The notes under the pieces are model-generated. The model did not search any database. It worked only from the letters and a program-made list of their open reading frames with translations, and was not told the origin of the DNA. A stretch of 20,000 nt of DNA from an uncultured bacterium. GTDB lineage: Bacteria; UBA8481. Of this stretch, positions 17,357-20,000 are shown piece by piece; position 1 is the first letter of the stretch, and each line of letters starts with the position of its first letter. The position numbers and the translations under genes were made by a program. The DNA lies in contig CAZCME010000011.1 in NCBI GenBank assembly GCA_964499705.1, positions 122,206-142,205 on the forward strand. Reading direction: 5' to 3'.

Positions 17357-17668
17357 CTCATAACGAATTGGTCACTGCTAACATTCGGCGAGGAGCATGG
17401 GCGAATTCTCAGATCCGCGATGCCGTTCGGACGATTCGATCCGATGGGGGAGATACGTGACCGGCCGGGGCACGTCGTGGTTGTGCACTGCTCGGCGGGG
17501 GTGGCAAGGACAGGGGTAACCTGCTGCCTTATCGCGCAGAGGCTTCTGTCGTTGCCTGACGCAAAAGCGATACTGAACTGGGGCGAAAATGCGGGATTGG
17601 CATTCTTTCCGGGCATTGTGCAGGCGATCGTGGAGCTGACACATCGCGCGACGAGGGGTGGCGAATGA
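17357..17668 (+). pseudogene. Truncated Cys-based protein tyrosine/dual-specificity phosphatase
   Basis: P-loop VVVHCSAGVARTG (HCX5R, 17486-17512). The open frame runs 103 codons from directly after the TAG at 17354-17356, with the first ATG at 17420. This is too short before the P-loop to hold the usual general-acid loop region. Confidence 0.6.
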
Positions 17669-17716
17669 TGTCGAGAGTGCCCGTGCAGGATACAATTGCA
17701 GTCAACTGAACCATCC

Positions 17717-17792
17717 GGCGGGGTAGCTCAGCGGTTAGAGCGGCGGTCTCATATGCCGTAGGTCGGCGGTTCAAATCCGCCCGCCGCCACCA
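17717..17792 (+). tRNA. tRNA-Met (CAT), elongator type
   Basis: 76-nt cloverleaf: D arm GCTC/GAGC, anticodon loop CT-CAT-AT, T arm GGCGG-TTCAAAT-CCGCC, discriminator A and encoded CCA. The G1-C72 pair and the lack of three consecutive G-C anticodon-stem pairs argue against an initiator tRNA. Confidence 0.93.
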
Positions 17793-17829
17793 ACCGAAGG
17801 TTGGGAGGCAGATCGAATGTCGCGCGACA

Positions 17830-17865
17830 GGATGCCGCGCATCCCCATGGATTCAAGCGGCATCC
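17830..17865. terminator. Hairpin between the convergent tRNA and pcm genes, possible terminator
   Basis: Perfect 9-bp inverted repeat GGATGCCGC (17830-17838) / GCGGCATCC (17857-17865) with an inner ATCC/GGAT stem. There is no U-tract, so function is uncertain. Confidence 0.35.
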
Positions 17866-17936
17866 CGAGCGCCGCGTCATCCGCCCGCTGCCAGAGGCGG
17901 AAATCCGAATGCGCCGCGCGGTCATTCCCCCTCGCC

Positions 17937-18608
17937 TCAATTCTTCGCCTGCTGCCTCAACGCGGCTCCCGTCATCGGCACGAACCTCACCGCGTAGGCG
18001 CTCTTGACGATCCGGCCTGCTTCCGTCTTCTCCACGACAATCAGATCCTGGATCACGCGCCCGACGGGGATCACCAGCCGGCCTCCCATCGCCAGCTGCT
18101 CCACGAGGGGCTCGGGGATGAATTCCGGAGCCGCGGTCGCGATCACGGCGTCGAACGGAGCGCGGGCGGGCAGTCCGTGGTAACCGTCGCCGTGATGCAC
18201 TCTGACGCGGTCGCCATAACCGAGCCGTTTCAGCGCGCGCTCGGCTTCCGCCGCCAGCGGCTCGATGATCTCGAAGGTCTCCACCTCGCATCCCAGTTCC
18301 GCGAGAATGGCCGCCTGGTAACCCGATCCGGTGCCGAGCTCCAGCACTCGTGAACCCGCATGCACGCCCGCCAGCTCCGTCATGGACGCGACGATGTACG
18401 GCTGGGAGATCGTCTGGTCGAAGCCGATGGGGAGCGGGCAGTCTTCGTAGGCGTACGCGCGCTGCGCGGCGGGAACCATTTCATGGCGGGGAACGCGGCG
18501 CAGCGCGGCCAGCAGGTCCGGATTCGTGATGCCTCGACGGATGATGGTCTTCCTGACCATCGCCTCGCGCGCGGCCGCCGGAGAATCGCTTTCGCTTTCG
18601 TCCTTCAC
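17937..18608 (-). CDS. pcm: Protein-L-isoaspartate(D-aspartate) O-methyltransferase
   Basis: Motifs AYEDCPLPIG, QTISQPYIVA, VLELGTGSGYQAAILA, GDGYHG, APFDAVI, GGRLVIPVG and VRFVPM. Confidence 0.96.
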   Translation of the reverse strand: MKDESESDSPAAAREAMVRKTIIRRGITNPDLLAALRRVPRHEMVPAAQRAYAYEDCPLPIGFDQTISQPYIVASMTELAGVHAGSRVLELGTGSGYQAAILAELGCEVETFEIIEPLAAEAERALKRLGYGDRVRVHHGDGYHGLPARAPFDAVIATAAPEFIPEPLVEQLAMGGRLVIPVGRVIQDLIVVEKTEAGRIVKSAYAVRFVPMTGAALRQQAKN

Positions 18609-18661
18609 ATCCCTATTTTACCGGATGATGCGCGGAATCTTCCACGGCGCCCGCTTCCGGT

Positions 18662-19882
18662 TCACCCCCGACGCGGTTTCGGATAACTCTTGTTCACGTC
18701 GATGGGGGCGGTATGCGGGCTATTCCACATGATGTCGAAGAAGTTCACGGCCTCCAGCGCAAGCGCGGGTCTCCGGAAAATCAATTCGACGTTCCGCATC
18801 TCCGTGAAATAATCCCGGCTCCAGTTGCTCGTCCCGAGCCACAGGGTCCCACTGTCCACGATCATGTATTTGCTGTGGATGACGCGCGCGAAGGGAATGA
18901 ATCCGGTGCTGTGCTCCGGAAATGTCACGATCCGCACCTCGATGTTCGGGATGAGCGAAAGCGATTTGAGATGATCGACTCCGGGCACCGCGGTATTCCA
19001 GTGAGACACCAGGAGCCTCACCTTCACGCCGCGCACCGCGGCGGCTCTCAGGGCTCCGTCGACGGCGGGCCAGTACTTCGTGCGGTTGGTGACGGGCGTG
19101 TAGCTGAGAAGTTGAATGCTGATCGAGGTGTCCGCGGAGCCGATCAACTCCTGCAACGCTGAGAGCGCATCCCGGATGCCGGACGGATTGAGTTCCATCG
19201 GACTCGCCACCAGCTCCACATCGCCCGACCGCGCGCGTGTCGTCGCCGCCTTCGAACGCGCGTGACTCCGTGCCACAGACGTATCTCCATGAGGCTTCAC
19301 CGGAATTCCCGCCATGCGCCAGTCCGCGTCGTAGATCCGGCCGAGATGGCGGCCGATGGTCCTGTCGTGCAAGAGCACGCCCATTTCCTGGATCTCCGTC
19401 AACGACTTCCAGTCATAATTCTGGCTTCCGACAAAAGCCGTGTCGCCGTCCACGATCCAGTATTTGGCGTGGAGTTCTCCTCCCGTGCGATGCTCCAGGT
19501 CGAGTGTCCGCAGCTCCAGCCGCGGAATGCCGCGCAGGACATCCAGCGTGATCGTGTCATTCTTGATGAAAGCTTCCGAGACTAGAAACCGGATCCGCAC
19601 GCCCCGTTCGCCCGCCGCTCTCAAGTCGCCCGTCACGGATTCCAGTTCGCGGCCCGGCTCCGAAAAGACATAAAATTGCGCGATGTCGATGGTCCGGCGC
19701 GCGCCCCGGATCATCGACCGCCACGTGTCAAGCGCCCGAAGAAGTTGAGGCGGCGCGGTGATCGCGGTCTCGTCAGGCATCGAAATCACGAGCTGCGCCG
19801 GAGGTTGGCCGGAATGTCCGAGTTGCGCCGTAGAGCAGCAGGCCAGGAGGAGAAGTGGGAAAACGAGAAGTCGTCGTGTCAT
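18662..19882 (-). CDS. Phospholipase D family protein (two HKD motifs), probable lipoprotein/exported
   Basis: Motifs HAKYWIVD...GSQN and HSKYMIVD...GTSN. Signal peptide MTRRLLVFPLLLLAC-C. The start is ATG 19882, with an alternative TTG at 19894. Confidence 0.92.
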   Translation of the reverse strand: MTRRLLVFPLLLLACCSTAQLGHSGQPPAQLVISMPDETAITAPPQLLRALDTWRSMIRGARRTIDIAQFYVFSEPGRELESVTGDLRAAGERGVRIRFLVSEAFIKNDTITLDVLRGIPRLELRTLDLEHRTGGELHAKYWIVDGDTAFVGSQNYDWKSLTEIQEMGVLLHDRTIGRHLGRIYDADWRMAGIPVKPHGDTSVARSHARSKAATTRARSGDVELVASPMELNPSGIRDALSALQELIGSADTSISIQLLSYTPVTNRTKYWPAVDGALRAAAVRGVKVRLLVSHWNTAVPGVDHLKSLSLIPNIEVRIVTFPEHSTGFIPFARVIHSKYMIVDSGTLWLGTSNWSRDYFTEMRNVELIFRRPALALEAVNFFDIMWNSPHTAPIDVNKSYPKPRRG

Positions 19883-19946
19883 CTTTGAATTCAATTCGAC
19901 GCTCAGCGGAAAGTCAACCAGCCTCGTTCAACGAAAGGCGACCGCC

Positions 19947-20000
19947 TGTCAACGCAAAGTAGAAAGTTCCGCTTTTCTGCAAGGTAGAAAGGTCCGCCTC
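19947..20000. mobile_element. Probable terminus of an IS1202/ISNCY-type insertion sequence (element continues beyond the window)
   Basis: Starts TGTCAA and contains a 19-nt imperfect direct repeat, GCAAAGTAGAAAGTTCCGC (19954-19972) / GCAAGGTAGAAAGGTCCGC (19979-19997). This TGT end plus subterminal repeat architecture is typical of these IS ends. No transposase lies in the window. Confidence 0.55.

Noticed and set aside
12475-17668. Amber (TAG) recoding suggested by in-frame TAGs at 12541 and 17354
   Set aside because: TAG behaves as a normal stop at 3728-3730, where the next gene overlaps it. Read-through at 12541 still hits TGA at 12619. No suppressor or Pyl machinery is seen.
17684-17700. 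Promoter for the tRNA (TACAAT, TTGCA)
   Set aside because: TACAAT lacks a credible -35 at proper spacing, and the TTGC lacks GG at the sigma54 -24 position. Too weak to call.
246-17774. Numerous minus-strand ORFs of 60-195 aa across the operon
   Set aside because: They are antisense shadows of the tightly coupled plus-strand genes, expected at high GC, and carry no motifs.
17749-18353. Alternative ORFs 17749-18291(-) and 17817-18353(+)
   Set aside because: These are shadow frames overlapping the tRNA and the well-supported pcm gene.
1-20000. CRISPR array, integrase or phage structural genes
   Set aside because: No regularly spaced repeats and no recombinase, capsid, terminase or tail motifs were recognised.

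Overview
Bacterial, GC-rich window with two parts. (1) Positions 1-17668 hold an unannotated-looking run of about 18 co-directional (+) genes. Most junctions overlap, eight of them as ATGA stop/start overlaps, and the run probably continues upstream of the window. It opens with five envelope proteins (membrane protein, lipoprotein, exported proteins). Next come two tandem Clp/Hsp100-like ATPases that appear reciprocally degenerate (one keeps only the D2 ATPase motifs, the other only D1), an M50B-like membrane metallopeptidase and a sigma54 enhancer-binding protein with no sensory domain. After these lie a small ANTAR-like helical protein, a MoxR-type AAA+ ATPase, two catalytically dead DnaB/RecA-like domains, a protein with an FtsZ C-terminal-like half and a truncated Cys-phosphatase. 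(2) Positions 17717-20000 look like ordinary chromosome: tRNA-Met(CAT), pcm, a two-HKD phospholipase D-family gene and what looks like the terminus of an IS1202/ISNCY-type element at the window edge. All family calls come from motif recognition by eye with no database search. The divergent-domain calls (ANTAR, DnaB-like, FtsZ-like, LPP20-like) need profile or structure confirmation.
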